The notes: generated by a model not told the origin, from the letters alone. Positions 9,699 to 18,717 are shown, numbered from the stretch's first letter. The stretch is DNA of 64,000 nucleotides from an uncultured Clostridia bacterium (GCA_944390965.1 CALXRW010000005.1:16-64015), one strand, 5' to 3'. Made by a program: numbers and translations.

Positions 9699-11110
9699 AT
9701 CTCATTTCCTTTTTCATTTTCATTTTTATTTTGTTCTTCCAGTCGTCCTTCTTCTAATGTTCTTCTTGCATCATGTAAATCTGATGATTTTATTTCTTTA
9801 CATAAACTCGATAATAACCTTCTCTTACTTTTAGGTAATTCAGATTTTATAGGATTATTAGGTATATTGGTTAAAATTCTTCTCTGGCTTTTTCGTGATT
9901 TTTCTTCTTCATTTACATTGTGTGATGGTTCATTGGTATTTGTTCGAATTCTCCTTGAGCTCTTTATTGTTGGTTCAGCAAATTCTTTTGTCTTAGGTAT
10001 TCTAATTTTAGGTCTACTTGTTAGTTCTATTTTTTCATTTGGTGTCACACTATCGTCAATGTTTTCCAAAATTTTTCTTGTTGTTGTATTTTCTCTTCTT
10101 ATTGGTTGTTCTTTATAACGTTTAGCTAATGTTATTGCATTATCAACCATATATGATTTCCAGCCTTCTTGTTCCATTTGTTCTTTCATTCTATGTAATT
10201 GTTCCATATTCCTACTTGAAATTAACTCATTAAAATTTTTAGATATATCATCCATATTTGCAGAAAGTTCCTTAAAGAGTTTTTCTTTTTCTTTTGGCGG
10301 TAAATCTGAATAATGTTGTTCATTTTTTATAAAACTCTGGCTTCCATCTTGTTCTTCACAATAATATCCTAAAATAAATTGTGGTGGTATTTTCCTTAAT
10401 TTTGAGCAAATCCTATCAAAAATACAATGTTCTTCATATTGTTGTCCAGCTGTTCTTCTATTTTTCTCTGGAAATCCTAGAAAAATCTTTTCTCCTTCTT
10501 CATTTTGTATATATGAAGGAACAGCAATGATAACATTTGCTTTTGTTCCTTCTCCAAATTTATATCCAACAATTTCTTGTCTTATTTTTTCTGAATCTTC
10601 ATTTACTCCTAGAGAAATTGCTGTGCTTAGAATTGTTTTACTATTATTATTTAAGTCTAATCCTTGGCTATTTATACTTTCTGCTATACTTTGTTTTTCT
10701 TCTCTATTACCTTTATCTATTCCATGAATTCCTATGCCATATTCCCCTTGTTCAAGTTTACCAAGAGTATCTTCTAAATTTGATTGTTTCGTTTTCGATT
10801 TCTGCTCTTTATCTAGCTCTTGATAAATAATTTCAATGTCTTTATTGCTTTGAAATCTATGTAATGTCTCAATTCCAATTTCAATTAAATGTGCTTTTTC
10901 TGTCATAATCGATCTGACATTTGTTAGTCCTAAAGCATATGCAGCTGAATGGTCTATATAAAATTTTCCATCTCTTCTATATACTCGTAGTTTTCTCTTT
11001 GTTCTCATTATTAGTTTAGTTGGTTCTCCTAATTGCCCTTCTTGATTTCTAGCTTTTAAAAGTAATTTCATCTTTTCTCTTGTTTTTTCATTACTTTTGT
11101 ATTGTAGCAT
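9695..11110 (-). CDS. Hypothetical protein (471 aa) with a basic low-complexity C-terminus
   Basis: Long ORF with coding-like composition. The central region (GIGIHGIDKGN ... VIIAVPSYIQ) is unrecognised and the tail is Lys/Arg/Glu-rich. Confidence 0.6.
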   Translation of the reverse strand: MLQYKSNEKTREKMKLLLKARNQEGQLGEPTKLIMRTKRKLRVYRRDGKFYIDHSAAYALGLTNVRSIMTEKAHLIEIGIETLHRFQSNKDIEIIYQELDKEQKSKTKQSNLEDTLGKLEQGEYGIGIHGIDKGNREEKQSIAESINSQGLDLNNNSKTILSTAISLGVNEDSEKIRQEIVGYKFGEGTKANVIIAVPSYIQNEEGEKIFLGFPEKNRRTAGQQYEEHCIFDRICSKLRKIPPQFILGYYCEEQDGSQSFIKNEQHYSDLPPKEKEKLFKELSANMDDISKNFNELISSRNMEQLHRMKEQMEQEGWKSYMVDNAITLAKRYKEQPIRRENTTTRKILENIDDSVTPNEKIELTSRPKIRIPKTKEFAEPTIKSSRRIRTNTNEPSHNVNEEEKSRKSQRRILTNIPNNPIKSELPKSKRRLLSSLCKEIKSSDLHDARRTLEEGRLEEQNKNENEKGNEI

Positions 11111-11273
11111 AATAAACTCCTATTATATCTAAAAAGATATACAATTTTATTTTTAATAAATCATATCACAATATCATTATTTTTTTCAAACATCTTCAAT
11201 ATTTTTTATAAAAAATTTGAAAATTTAATTAAACTGTGATAAAATTTTAAATGATTAAAAGGGGGTAATTTTT

Positions 11274-11558
11274 ATGTCAGAAGAAAATAATGCAGTAAAT
11301 ACACAACCAAATATTCCAGATGAATATAAACCAATAAGTATGTGGGGATATTTTGGTTATGAAATTTTATTTGCCATTCCATGTATTGGTTGGATATGTT
11401 TAATTGTTTTTGCATTAGGAGGAACTTCTAATGTTAATCTTAAAAATTTTGCACGCTCTTATTTTTGCTTTTTAATCCTTGCTGTTATATTAGGGCTTAT
11501 TGGATTCCTTCTAGTTGGTGGTATTACAGCAGCTAATACATCATTTTTATTAAGTTAA
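11274..11558 (+). CDS. Small membrane protein (94 aa, 2 TM)
   Basis: GGGGG RBS-like tract upstream and two hydrophobic helices. Confidence 0.6.
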   Translation: MSEENNAVNTQPNIPDEYKPISMWGYFGYEILFAIPCIGWICLIVFALGGTSNVNLKNFARSYFCFLILAVILGLIGFLLVGGITAANTSFLLS

Positions 11559-11560
11559 AT

Positions 11561-11768
11561 ATGTAATCCATCCAATGCAATATTATTAGATTAAGTGAAA
11601 TACTTTTTTATTTTAATTTCAACCATATATACCTATATTTTGAAGCAAAAGCTCGAACAGCCTGCTGCTTACGGATTACTCCTTGAACCTTGAGAGTTTT
11701 GCGAATAAAATATAGGTATATATGGTTGATTTTCTTAATTTAAATAATATTGCACGGATGGATTACAT
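11561..11768. repeat. Palindromic MITE-like element, copy A (family 3)
   Basis: Termini ATGTAATCCATCCAATGCAATATTATT / AATAATATTGCACGGATGGATTACAT, inner stem AACCATATATACCTATAT / ATATAGGTATATATGGTT, and a roughly 78-nt core shared with 21685-21796. Confidence 0.8.
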
Positions 11769-11806
11769 ACAATTTTTTATTTTCAAATGATAAGTCTCAT
11801 TTTTTC

Positions 11807-11947
11807 TTACATCATTCCTAGTTTTCTTACAAATTGTTTTCCTTTTTTCATCATTTTTTTCTTATTGCTACACATACCATCTGCACACATAAGAGCAATT
11901 CCTCCTACAACCATGCCTCCAATTAGCATACCTTTTACAAACTTCAT
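11807..11947 (-). CDS. Small membrane peptide (46 aa), not in the supplied ORF track
   Basis: AGGAGG 9 nt upstream of ATG 11947. Translates to MKFVKGMLIGGMVVGGIALMCADGMCSNKKKMMKKGKQFVRKLGMM. Confidence 0.5.
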   Translation of the reverse strand: MKFVKGMLIGGMVVGGIALMCADGMCSNKKKMMKKGKQFVRKLGMM

Positions 11948-11980
11948 CCTTGTTTTTCCTCCTTTTTGTTTTTTCTTTTA

Positions 11981-12358
11981 TTATGCCTTTTTCTTTTTCA
12001 AAATATACTCTTTTACAAAATAATATATTTCATGAATGGCAATAAATCCTAAGAAAATCCCAAAATATTTTTTTAAATTTTCAGATGAAATTACTGTAGA
12101 AATCTTAGCACCAATAATTGCTCCTATCACTCCAAAAAGAATAATAATTTTTGCTGTTTTCCAATCTATATTTTTATTTTTTGCATTTACAATAATAGCA
12201 CTAATAGAAGTAGGAATAAAGAAAATTAGATTAGTGGCTTGTGCAATATGTTGTTCAATTCCTAGAAATACAGAAAGAACTAAAATTAGAATGGTTCCTC
12301 CTCCCATTCCTGTTCCACTTACAATTCCAGATACAAAACCTACAAAAGTTTCAAACAT
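11981..12358 (-). CDS. Half-size TSUP (TauE/SafE) family transporter subunit
   Basis: 4 TM helices and a glycine motif GTGMGGGTIL. Its own GAGGGA RBS lies after the stop of the upstream half. Confidence 0.75.
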   Translation of the reverse strand: MFETFVGFVSGIVSGTGMGGGTILILVLSVFLGIEQHIAQATNLIFFIPTSISAIIVNAKNKNIDWKTAKIIILFGVIGAIIGAKISTVISSENLKKYFGIFLGFIAIHEIYYFVKEYILKKKKA

Positions 12359-12368
12359 TTTTTCCCTC

Positions 12369-12713
12369 TTAAAAAATCATCCTTATAGATGCATATATTA
12401 GAAATATTGTAAAAGCAATTTTTAAAATTTTAGGAGACAATTTATTCAAAAGTTTTGAGCCTACATATCCTCCAACTACACCACCAATAGCACATAATAT
12501 TCCTATTTTCCAATCAATAAAATCATTTCTGAAATAAATAATACCACTTACCAGCACCATTGGCATGATACATAATACAGAAGTCGCTCTTGCTTTCACA
12601 TCTGTCATTTTTAGTAAGTACATAAAAGCAGGAACTAGTATAAGTCCTCCACCTGATGTGAAAAATCCACTAATAATTCCTGCTAATATTCCAATTCCTG
12701 CTTTTTTCCACAT
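12369..12713 (-). CDS. Half-size TSUP (TauE/SafE) family transporter subunit
   Basis: 4 TM helices and motif FFTSGGGLILVP. Paralogous to the adjacent half-size gene. Confidence 0.75.
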   Translation of the reverse strand: MWKKAGIGILAGIISGFFTSGGGLILVPAFMYLLKMTDVKARATSVLCIMPMVLVSGIIYFRNDFIDWKIGILCAIGGVVGGYVGSKLLNKLSPKILKIAFTIFLIYASIRMIF

Positions 12714-12759
12714 ACTAACACCTTGTTTTAGTATGTGGATTTTTTCTTATTTATATACA

Positions 12760-14004
12760 TTATTTTTTTACAGTATCGTCTTCTATATAATATTTTGTTC
12801 CTAACATTTTATCTGGTAAGTATTGTTGTTCCACTTGGTGCATTGGATAGTCATGAGGATATTTGTACCCTTGTCCATAGCCATGTTCTTCCATTCCTTT
12901 TGCAGGTGCATTTCTAATATGCATAGGAATTTCTCCTGTATCTTTTGTTGCCACATCTTCTAGTGCTTTATTAATTGCTAAATAACTTGCATTAGATTTT
13001 GGTGCTTTTGCAACATATACCGCTGCCTGTGCTAATATAATTCTTGCTTCTGGCATTCCTACAGAGTGAACTGCTTGCATAGCAGATGTAGCAATTACCA
13101 ATGCATTTGGGTCTGCCATTCCTACATCTTCTGAAGAACATATAACAATTCTCCTTGCTAAAAACATAGGGTCTTCTCCTCCATTTAATGCTCGTGCCAA
13201 ATAAAAAATGGCAGCATCTGGATCACTCCCTCTCATGGATTTTATAAATGCACTAATATTATCATAATGAGAATCGCCATTTTTATCAAATAAAGCTTTT
13301 CTTTTTTGTATACTTTCTCCTGCTATTTTATCTGTAATATGAATATAACCGTCTTCTGACATTGGAGTAGTAAGAACAGCAACTTCCAATCCATTTAATG
13401 CAGTTCTTACATCCCCTCCTGCTACTTCTGCTATTTTTTCTAATGTGCTTTCTTCTATCTTTATTTTAAATGTACCTAATCCATCTTCTTTTTCTAAAGC
13501 TTTTTTCAATATGATAAGAATGTCTTTTGTTTGAAGAGGCTCTAATTTTACAACCATGGACCTTGAAATTAAAGCTTTGTTTACTTCAAAATATGGATTT
13601 TCCGTTGTTGCTCCAATTAATATCACAACACCCTCTTCTACATATGGTAGTAAGGCATCTTGTTGTAATTTATTAAAGCGATGTATCTCATCAATAAATA
13701 AAATACATTTTCCTGTTGGATTTAGTAATGTATTTTGTGCTTCCTGTATTGCATTTTTAATATCTGGTACTCCAGATGTTACTGCATTTAATTTTATAAA
13801 TTTATATTTTGTAGTTTCACTAATGACTTTTGCTAAAGATGTTTTTCCACATCCAGGTGGTCCCCAAAGAATAATACTAGATAATCTATCTGCTTGTATA
13901 GTACGGTATAATATTTTATCTTTTCCTAGTACATGTTCTTGCCCAACAAAATCGTCTAATTTTTTTGGTCTCATACGGTATGCTAATGGCTGATTCAAAT
14001 CCAC
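12760..14004 (-). CDS. rarA: Replication-associated recombination protein A (RarA/MgsA AAA+ ATPase)
   Basis: LAYRMRP..L..FVGQEH, Walker A GPPGCGKTS, Walker B LFIDEIHRFNK, and a C-terminal MgsA domain (AIFYLARALNGGEDPMFLARR). Confidence 0.92.
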   Translation of the reverse strand: MDLNQPLAYRMRPKKLDDFVGQEHVLGKDKILYRTIQADRLSSIILWGPPGCGKTSLAKVISETTKYKFIKLNAVTSGVPDIKNAIQEAQNTLLNPTGKCILFIDEIHRFNKLQQDALLPYVEEGVVILIGATTENPYFEVNKALISRSMVVKLEPLQTKDILIILKKALEKEDGLGTFKIKIEESTLEKIAEVAGGDVRTALNGLEVAVLTTPMSEDGYIHITDKIAGESIQKRKALFDKNGDSHYDNISAFIKSMRGSDPDAAIFYLARALNGGEDPMFLARRIVICSSEDVGMADPNALVIATSAMQAVHSVGMPEARIILAQAAVYVAKAPKSNASYLAINKALEDVATKDTGEIPMHIRNAPAKGMEEHGYGQGYKYPHDYPMHQVEQQYLPDKMLGTKYYIEDDTVKK

Positions 14005-14025
14005 TTTTTCTCACATTCCTTTCTT

Positions 14026-14622
14026 CTATTTTGCTAACAAAATAAGTGCTTTTTTTATGCTATCTTCTAATGTTAATTCTTTAACATCTATCTTACCTAT
14101 TACTTGATTAATTTCATATCTGGTATATCCAAGTACTTGCAATGCTGCAATTAATTCGTCAACTTTTTCTTCTCCTTGATTTATTTCTACAATTTCTTCT
14201 GTTTTTTCTGTTGCTGTTTCTGTTTTTAGTTTATCCTTTAATTCTAATACGATTCTAGCAGCTGTTTTCTTTCCAATTCCAGGTATTTTCACTAGTTTTG
14301 ATACATCATTTGTAATAACAGATAATGCAAAACTAGACGGACTTACTTCTGATAACATACTAATAGCAGATTTTGCCCCAATACCACTAACAGAGAGTAA
14401 TAATTCAAACATTCTTAATTCTTCTTGATTGATAAAACCATATAAACTAATATTATCTTCTCTAACATGATAATGTGTATAGATTTTGACTTGTAAACCT
14501 ATTTCTCCAAGTTTTTCTATTGCTTTTTGTGGCATATAAATTTGGTAACCAATTCCTCCTGTTTCCACAATAATATAGAGATTGCTTTTTACTTCTAAAC
14601 TTCCTTTTATATATGCATACAT
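14026..14622 (-). CDS. ruvA: Holliday junction DNA helicase subunit RuvA
   Basis: MYAYIKGSLE N-terminus, HhH motifs (LLSVSGIGAKSA, KIPGIGKKTA) and a C-terminal domain III. Start at ATG 14622 behind GAGGAGG. Confidence 0.92.
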   Translation of the reverse strand: MYAYIKGSLEVKSNLYIIVETGGIGYQIYMPQKAIEKLGEIGLQVKIYTHYHVREDNISLYGFINQEELRMFELLLSVSGIGAKSAISMLSEVSPSSFALSVITNDVSKLVKIPGIGKKTAARIVLELKDKLKTETATEKTEEIVEINQGEEKVDELIAALQVLGYTRYEINQVIGKIDVKELTLEDSIKKALILLAK

Positions 14623-14765
14623 GAATTTTGCCTCCTCATTTTTATCAAACAAATTTTCTGTTGCTATTGTATCATATTCTTAGTTTTTTTCAAGCATTTT
14701 TTAAAATTTCTTTTCAGTTGATTTTTGTTTGTTTTTTTTATATAATTTTATTCTAGGAGGTTTTT

Positions 14766-15449
14766 ATGAGTCATTTTTTAGATAGAACGGAAATGTTAAT
14801 TGGAAAGGAAAAAATACAAAAATTACAACACGCTACAGTTGCTGTTTTCGGAATTGGAGGTGTTGGTTCATATGCAGCAGAAGCTCTGGTAAGAAGTGGT
14901 ATTGGAAATTTGGTTATCATAGATCATGATAAGGTAGATGTTACTAACATAAATCGTCAATTAATTGCAGATACTACTACAATTGGTCTTCCGAAGGTTT
15001 TAGTTGCTAAAGAAAGATATTTAAAAATTAACCCTAATCTTCATATTACTGTTTTTGAAAAATTTTTTAATGAAGAAACTCTTCCTGAGTTAATGGAAAT
15101 TTCATATGATTATATTATAGATGCAATTGACTCCGTTTCTTCTAAACTTCTCTTGATTGAAACAGCTTACCAAAAAAAGATTCCTATTATTTCTTGTATG
15201 GGAACAGGTAATAAATTAAATCCTTCTTTATTTGAAGTTTCAGACATATCTCATACTGAAGTCTGTCCTCTTGCTAAAATAATACGAAAAGAATTAAAAA
15301 AGAAAGGAATTTCTGATTTGAAAGTAGTATATTCAAAAGAAAAGCCTTATAAAATGGATACAGGTTCTTCCTGTCCTGCAAGTATTTCTTTTGTTCCTTC
15401 TGTTGCAGGCCTATTAATGGCAAGCGAAGTAATACAAGATTTTTTTTAA
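14766..15449 (+). CDS. tcdA: tRNA threonylcarbamoyladenosine dehydratase (ThiF/TcdA family)
   Basis: Rossmann motif VAVFGIGGVGSYAAEAL, then IIDHDKVDVTNINRQ. Confidence 0.85.
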   Translation: MSHFLDRTEMLIGKEKIQKLQHATVAVFGIGGVGSYAAEALVRSGIGNLVIIDHDKVDVTNINRQLIADTTTIGLPKVLVAKERYLKINPNLHITVFEKFFNEETLPELMEISYDYIIDAIDSVSSKLLLIETAYQKKIPIISCMGTGNKLNPSLFEVSDISHTEVCPLAKIIRKELKKKGISDLKVVYSKEKPYKMDTGSSCPASISFVPSVAGLLMASEVIQDFF

Positions 15450-15617
15450 TTTTTTCTTTTTTAAAAGCTTTTTTATAATCTCCATTTATTTTGCATTCTT
15501 TCCCCAATTTTACATGAAAATTTTGGCATATTTTTAAATCTTATGGTTAAAATATATTTATGAGTTTCTGTGAAACAAAACTTTTCCATGCTATAGTTTT
15601 TTGGGAAGGTGATATAT

Positions 15618-15947
15618 ATGGCAATTGATTTTTGTGTCATTGGTGAAAGGCTAAAAGCAAACAGGGTAAAAAAAGGAATCACCCAAGAAGCTCTTGCTGA
15701 AAAGCTTGGTGTTTCTGTAGCTTTTTTAAGTAGAATAGAGAGAGGTAGTTCTCATATCAATTTAACAAGATTATCTCAAATTTGTGAAATTTTAGATATA
15801 ACAGAAGGAGAAATTCTAAATGGTGTTTCTACCAAATCTAAAAATTATTTAACCACTGATTTTTCTTCTTTGTTAAAAAATTGTCCACCAGAAAAATTAA
15901 GATTAATTTATAAAATTGCAAAAACAATTATAGAAGATGAAGAATGA
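15618..15947 (+). CDS. XRE-family helix-turn-helix transcriptional regulator
   Basis: HTH_3 signature GITQEALAEKLGVSVAFLSRIERG. ATG 15618 follows GGAAGGTGA. Confidence 0.85.
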   Translation: MAIDFCVIGERLKANRVKKGITQEALAEKLGVSVAFLSRIERGSSHINLTRLSQICEILDITEGEILNGVSTKSKNYLTTDFSSLLKNCPPEKLRLIYKIAKTIIEDEE

Positions 15948-15954
15948 AAAAAAG

Positions 15955-15990
15955 GTAAGAGCATTTATTCTATTTGCTCTTACTTTTTTT
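15955..15990. terminator. Bidirectional terminator between convergent genes
   Basis: Stem GTAAGAGC / GCTCTTAC with an A-run before and a T-run after. Confidence 0.7.
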
Positions 15991-15999
15991 AATATAATT

Positions 16000-16944
16000 T
16001 TATCCTAATATTTTTGCTTCTATTTGTTCCATTTTATATTTTTGTGTTTGTTCATCTAACTTGAATTCTACTAAAGATTTATCAAGGGTTTCTTCATTTT
16101 GTCTTAAGTCTGTAGTAAAATAATATTTTATTTGTTCTATTTCTAATTTTTTTGTTACAATTACTTTAAAAGTTTCTACCATGTGCTTTTCATCTTCACA
16201 GTCTAAAATTAATTGTGGCATTTTTTCAAAACCAGAATCCATTGTTACAAAACTTTCATAGAAATCTTTATATAATTTAAGTCTTTCTTCTAATTTTCCT
16301 TCCCAGTCTTCTTCTCTTCTAATAACTTCAAACAAAAAGTTAGCTACTTTTTTATCTTTACCAATTTTAATTCCACAACCAGTTACTTTAAATACTTTTC
16401 CTAATTTTTTTGCGGTAATAGCTGGTTTTACAGTGTAATCCTCAAAATTTTGTGCCTTTTTTAAATAAGCAATAATAATTTGATTTCCTGCTAGTCTTTT
16501 TTTAATCATAGGAACAGGTTTCGTATTATCTGTTGGTTGCCATTTACATTCTATACCTCTTGAATTTAATAAATATTTTCCCATTTTTTCTAGGCAATAA
16601 ATACGATAAATACCTTTCCCTTCGTCTGATGTAAAGTAATATCTTGTTAATATTTTAGTTTTAATTAGTTGTTCTAATTTATTATTTAGTTTGTCTTGTG
16701 TTTTAATTTCTTCTGGTATTTCTTTTATTGTCAATAATTGGTATAATTGCCTAGATGTGATAAATTCAAACTTGTTTACCAATTCCATAATCTTAAAATG
16801 GATATCATTAATATGTCCTAAATTAATTTTATGTATAATTTGATTCATAGATACATATCCATCTTTTCCATCAAATTTTTTAATTTCGCCTTCTCTTATT
16901 GCAAATGGTGAAATTTTTGCTTTGATTTCATTGTCTTCAACCAT
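16000..16944 (-). CDS. Hypothetical wHTH protein, replication-relaxation-family-like
   Basis: Pattern IMELVNKFEFITSRQLYQLL ... ILTRYYF ... GIYRIYCLEKMGKYLL resembles the winged-helix N-terminus of replication-relaxation (plasmid/ICE) proteins. The remainder is unrecognised. Confidence 0.4.
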   Translation of the reverse strand: MVEDNEIKAKISPFAIREGEIKKFDGKDGYVSMNQIIHKINLGHINDIHFKIMELVNKFEFITSRQLYQLLTIKEIPEEIKTQDKLNNKLEQLIKTKILTRYYFTSDEGKGIYRIYCLEKMGKYLLNSRGIECKWQPTDNTKPVPMIKKRLAGNQIIIAYLKKAQNFEDYTVKPAITAKKLGKVFKVTGCGIKIGKDKKVANFLFEVIRREEDWEGKLEERLKLYKDFYESFVTMDSGFEKMPQLILDCEDEKHMVETFKVIVTKKLEIEQIKYYFTTDLRQNEETLDKSLVEFKLDEQTQKYKMEQIEAKILG

Positions 16945-16987
16945 AATTTTGAGTACCCCCTTTTTTTCATTATATCTATTTTTTCTT

Positions 16988-17710
16988 CTATTTGCAAGTT
17001 AATTGTTTTACTTCTTCTTTTGTTAAATATCTCCATGTGCCTATTTTTAAGTCTTTTACACTGAGCATTCCTATTTTGCTTCTATGAAGAGCCAATACTG
17101 GCTTTCCAATTGCTTCACACATTTTGCGAATCTGCCTGTTTCTGCCTTCATGTATAGTTATCTCGAGTCTTGTTGTTTTCTTTTCTTCATCTTTTTTTAG
17201 AATTTTTACTTTTGCTTGTTTTGTTAATTTGTTATCAATCATTACCCCATTTTTTAGTTCTTCTATTTCTTTTAAAGTAATATCTCCTTTTATAGTAACT
17301 GTATATGTTTTTTCAATTTCATGTTTTGGGTGTGTAATTTGGTATACAAATTCTCCGTCATTTGTCAAAAGAATCGCCCCTGATGTATACATATCTAGCC
17401 TTCCTACTGGAACAAGTCGTGTATTTTTTATCTTTACTAAGTCTAGAACTGTATCTCTATCAAATTGGTCTTTTACTGTTGTGACATATCCAATGGGTTT
17501 ATTTAATAAAATATATACTTTTTTCTCTTTTTGGTTTGTAAGTTCTTGGTCTTTAAATATAATTTTATCCTTAGTAGGATCAATTTTAGTTCCTAATTGT
17601 GTTACTATATTCCCATTTACTTTTACAAGACCTTGCAGAATATATTCTTCGCATTTTCTTCTTGAAGCAATTCCCTTTTCTGCTAGATATTTTTGTAATC
17701 TTTCTTCCAT
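16988..17710 (-). CDS. rluB: RsuA/RluB-family 16S/23S rRNA pseudouridine synthase
   Basis: N-terminal S4 domain (RLQKYLAEKGIASRR) and catalytic motif VGRLDMYTSG. Confidence 0.88.
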   Translation of the reverse strand: MEERLQKYLAEKGIASRRKCEEYILQGLVKVNGNIVTQLGTKIDPTKDKIIFKDQELTNQKEKKVYILLNKPIGYVTTVKDQFDRDTVLDLVKIKNTRLVPVGRLDMYTSGAILLTNDGEFVYQITHPKHEIEKTYTVTIKGDITLKEIEELKNGVMIDNKLTKQAKVKILKKDEEKKTTRLEITIHEGRNRQIRKMCEAIGKPVLALHRSKIGMLSVKDLKIGTWRYLTKEEVKQLTCK

Positions 17711-17722
17711 TTTTCCCCTTTC

Positions 17723-18625
17723 TTATAAAAGATTGTCTAGTTGTTCTAAAACTTTTTCAAAATATTCTGGTAATGGTGCTGTTAATGTTATTTTTTCTTG
17801 TGTAATAGGATGTTGAAATATTAGTTGTTTTGCATGTAGCATTTGTCCTTCTACTCCGAATTCATTTTTCCCATTAGAATATACCATATCTCCTACAACA
17901 GGATGTCCTATTTCTGCCATATGCACTCTTATTTGATGTGTTCTCCCAGTTTCAATTTTTACTTCTACTAGAGTATATTTCCCATATCTCTTTAAAACTT
18001 TAAAGTGAGTAATGGCTTCTTTTCCTTTTTTCGTTACCGCCATTTTTTTTCTGTCTTTTGTACTTCTTCCTATTGGCATTTGAATTGTTGCTTCGTTTTC
18101 TTGAATATTTCCTCTTACAAGTGCAATATAGGTTTTCTTCATTTCTTTCTTTTTTAATTGTTCACTTAATCCAATATGCGCTTTATCATTTTTTGCTACA
18201 ACAATTAGCCCTGATGTGTCTTTATCTAGTCTATGCACAATCCCTGGTCTTATTTTACCTCCTATACCAGATAGGCTTCCTTTACATTTTGCCATGACTG
18301 CATTTACTAGTGTATGATCTGGGTTACCATTTCCTGGGTGTACTACCAATCCTTTTGACTTGTTAATAACAATAATATCATTGTCTTCATAAATAATGTC
18401 TAATGGAATTTCTTGTGGTTTTAGTTCTATTTCTTCTGGTTCCTCTTCTTCTATTAAAATTTTGTCTCCTATTTTTACAATATAAGAATTTTTTTCTATT
18501 TTTCCATTTACTTTTACTTTTCCTTCTTCTATTAATTTTTGTAGTCTAGTTCTAGAGATTTCTGTTTCTTGTTTTTTGATGGCTTTATCTAATCTTTCTC
18601 CTCCTGTTTTTATGATAAATTCCAT
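17723..18625 (-). CDS. rluD: RluA/RluD-family 23S rRNA pseudouridine synthase
   Basis: S4 domain, catalytic HRLDKDTSGL, and GRTHQIRVH. Confidence 0.9.
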   Translation of the reverse strand: MEFIIKTGGERLDKAIKKQETEISRTRLQKLIEEGKVKVNGKIEKNSYIVKIGDKILIEEEEPEEIELKPQEIPLDIIYEDNDIIVINKSKGLVVHPGNGNPDHTLVNAVMAKCKGSLSGIGGKIRPGIVHRLDKDTSGLIVVAKNDKAHIGLSEQLKKKEMKKTYIALVRGNIQENEATIQMPIGRSTKDRKKMAVTKKGKEAITHFKVLKRYGKYTLVEVKIETGRTHQIRVHMAEIGHPVVGDMVYSNGKNEFGVEGQMLHAKQLIFQHPITQEKITLTAPLPEYFEKVLEQLDNLL

Positions 18626-18644
18626 TTATTTTCCTCCTAGTATC

Positions 18645-18685
18645 GTAATTTCTTTGAAGAACGTGCGATTAAAATCGCCCCTACA
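18645..18685 (-). repeat. REP-like element copy R3 (stem partly degenerate)
   Basis: GTAATTTCTTTGAAGAACGTGCGATTAAAATCGCCCCTACA, ending 19 nt upstream of the rluD start. Confidence 0.8.
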
Positions 18686-18717
18686 TTTTTATAATGGAGA
18701 TTTTTTTATGCAACATA

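Noticed and set aside
11636-11712. Resemblance of the family-3 core (minus strand ...TCCG[G/T]AAGCAG[C/A]AGGC...) to SRP RNA domain IV (GGUCCGGAAGGAAGCAGCC)
   Set aside because: The flanking sequence cannot form the conserved helix-8 symmetric and asymmetric loops. There are two copies 10 kb apart, and Clostridia normally have one long (about 265-nt) SRP RNA. The similarity is probably fortuitous.
12036-13993. + strand ORFs 12036-12401, 12565-12804 and 13556-13993
   Set aside because: They are antisense to the TSUP half-transporters and rarA, which have recognisable motifs. They have no RBS.
17124-17816. 230-aa + strand ORF overlapping rluB and the end of rluD
   Set aside because: It is long only because the complementary strand of an AT-rich gene lacks stops. 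The sequence is low-complexity (S/F/I). The opposite strand carries clear pseudouridine synthase motifs.
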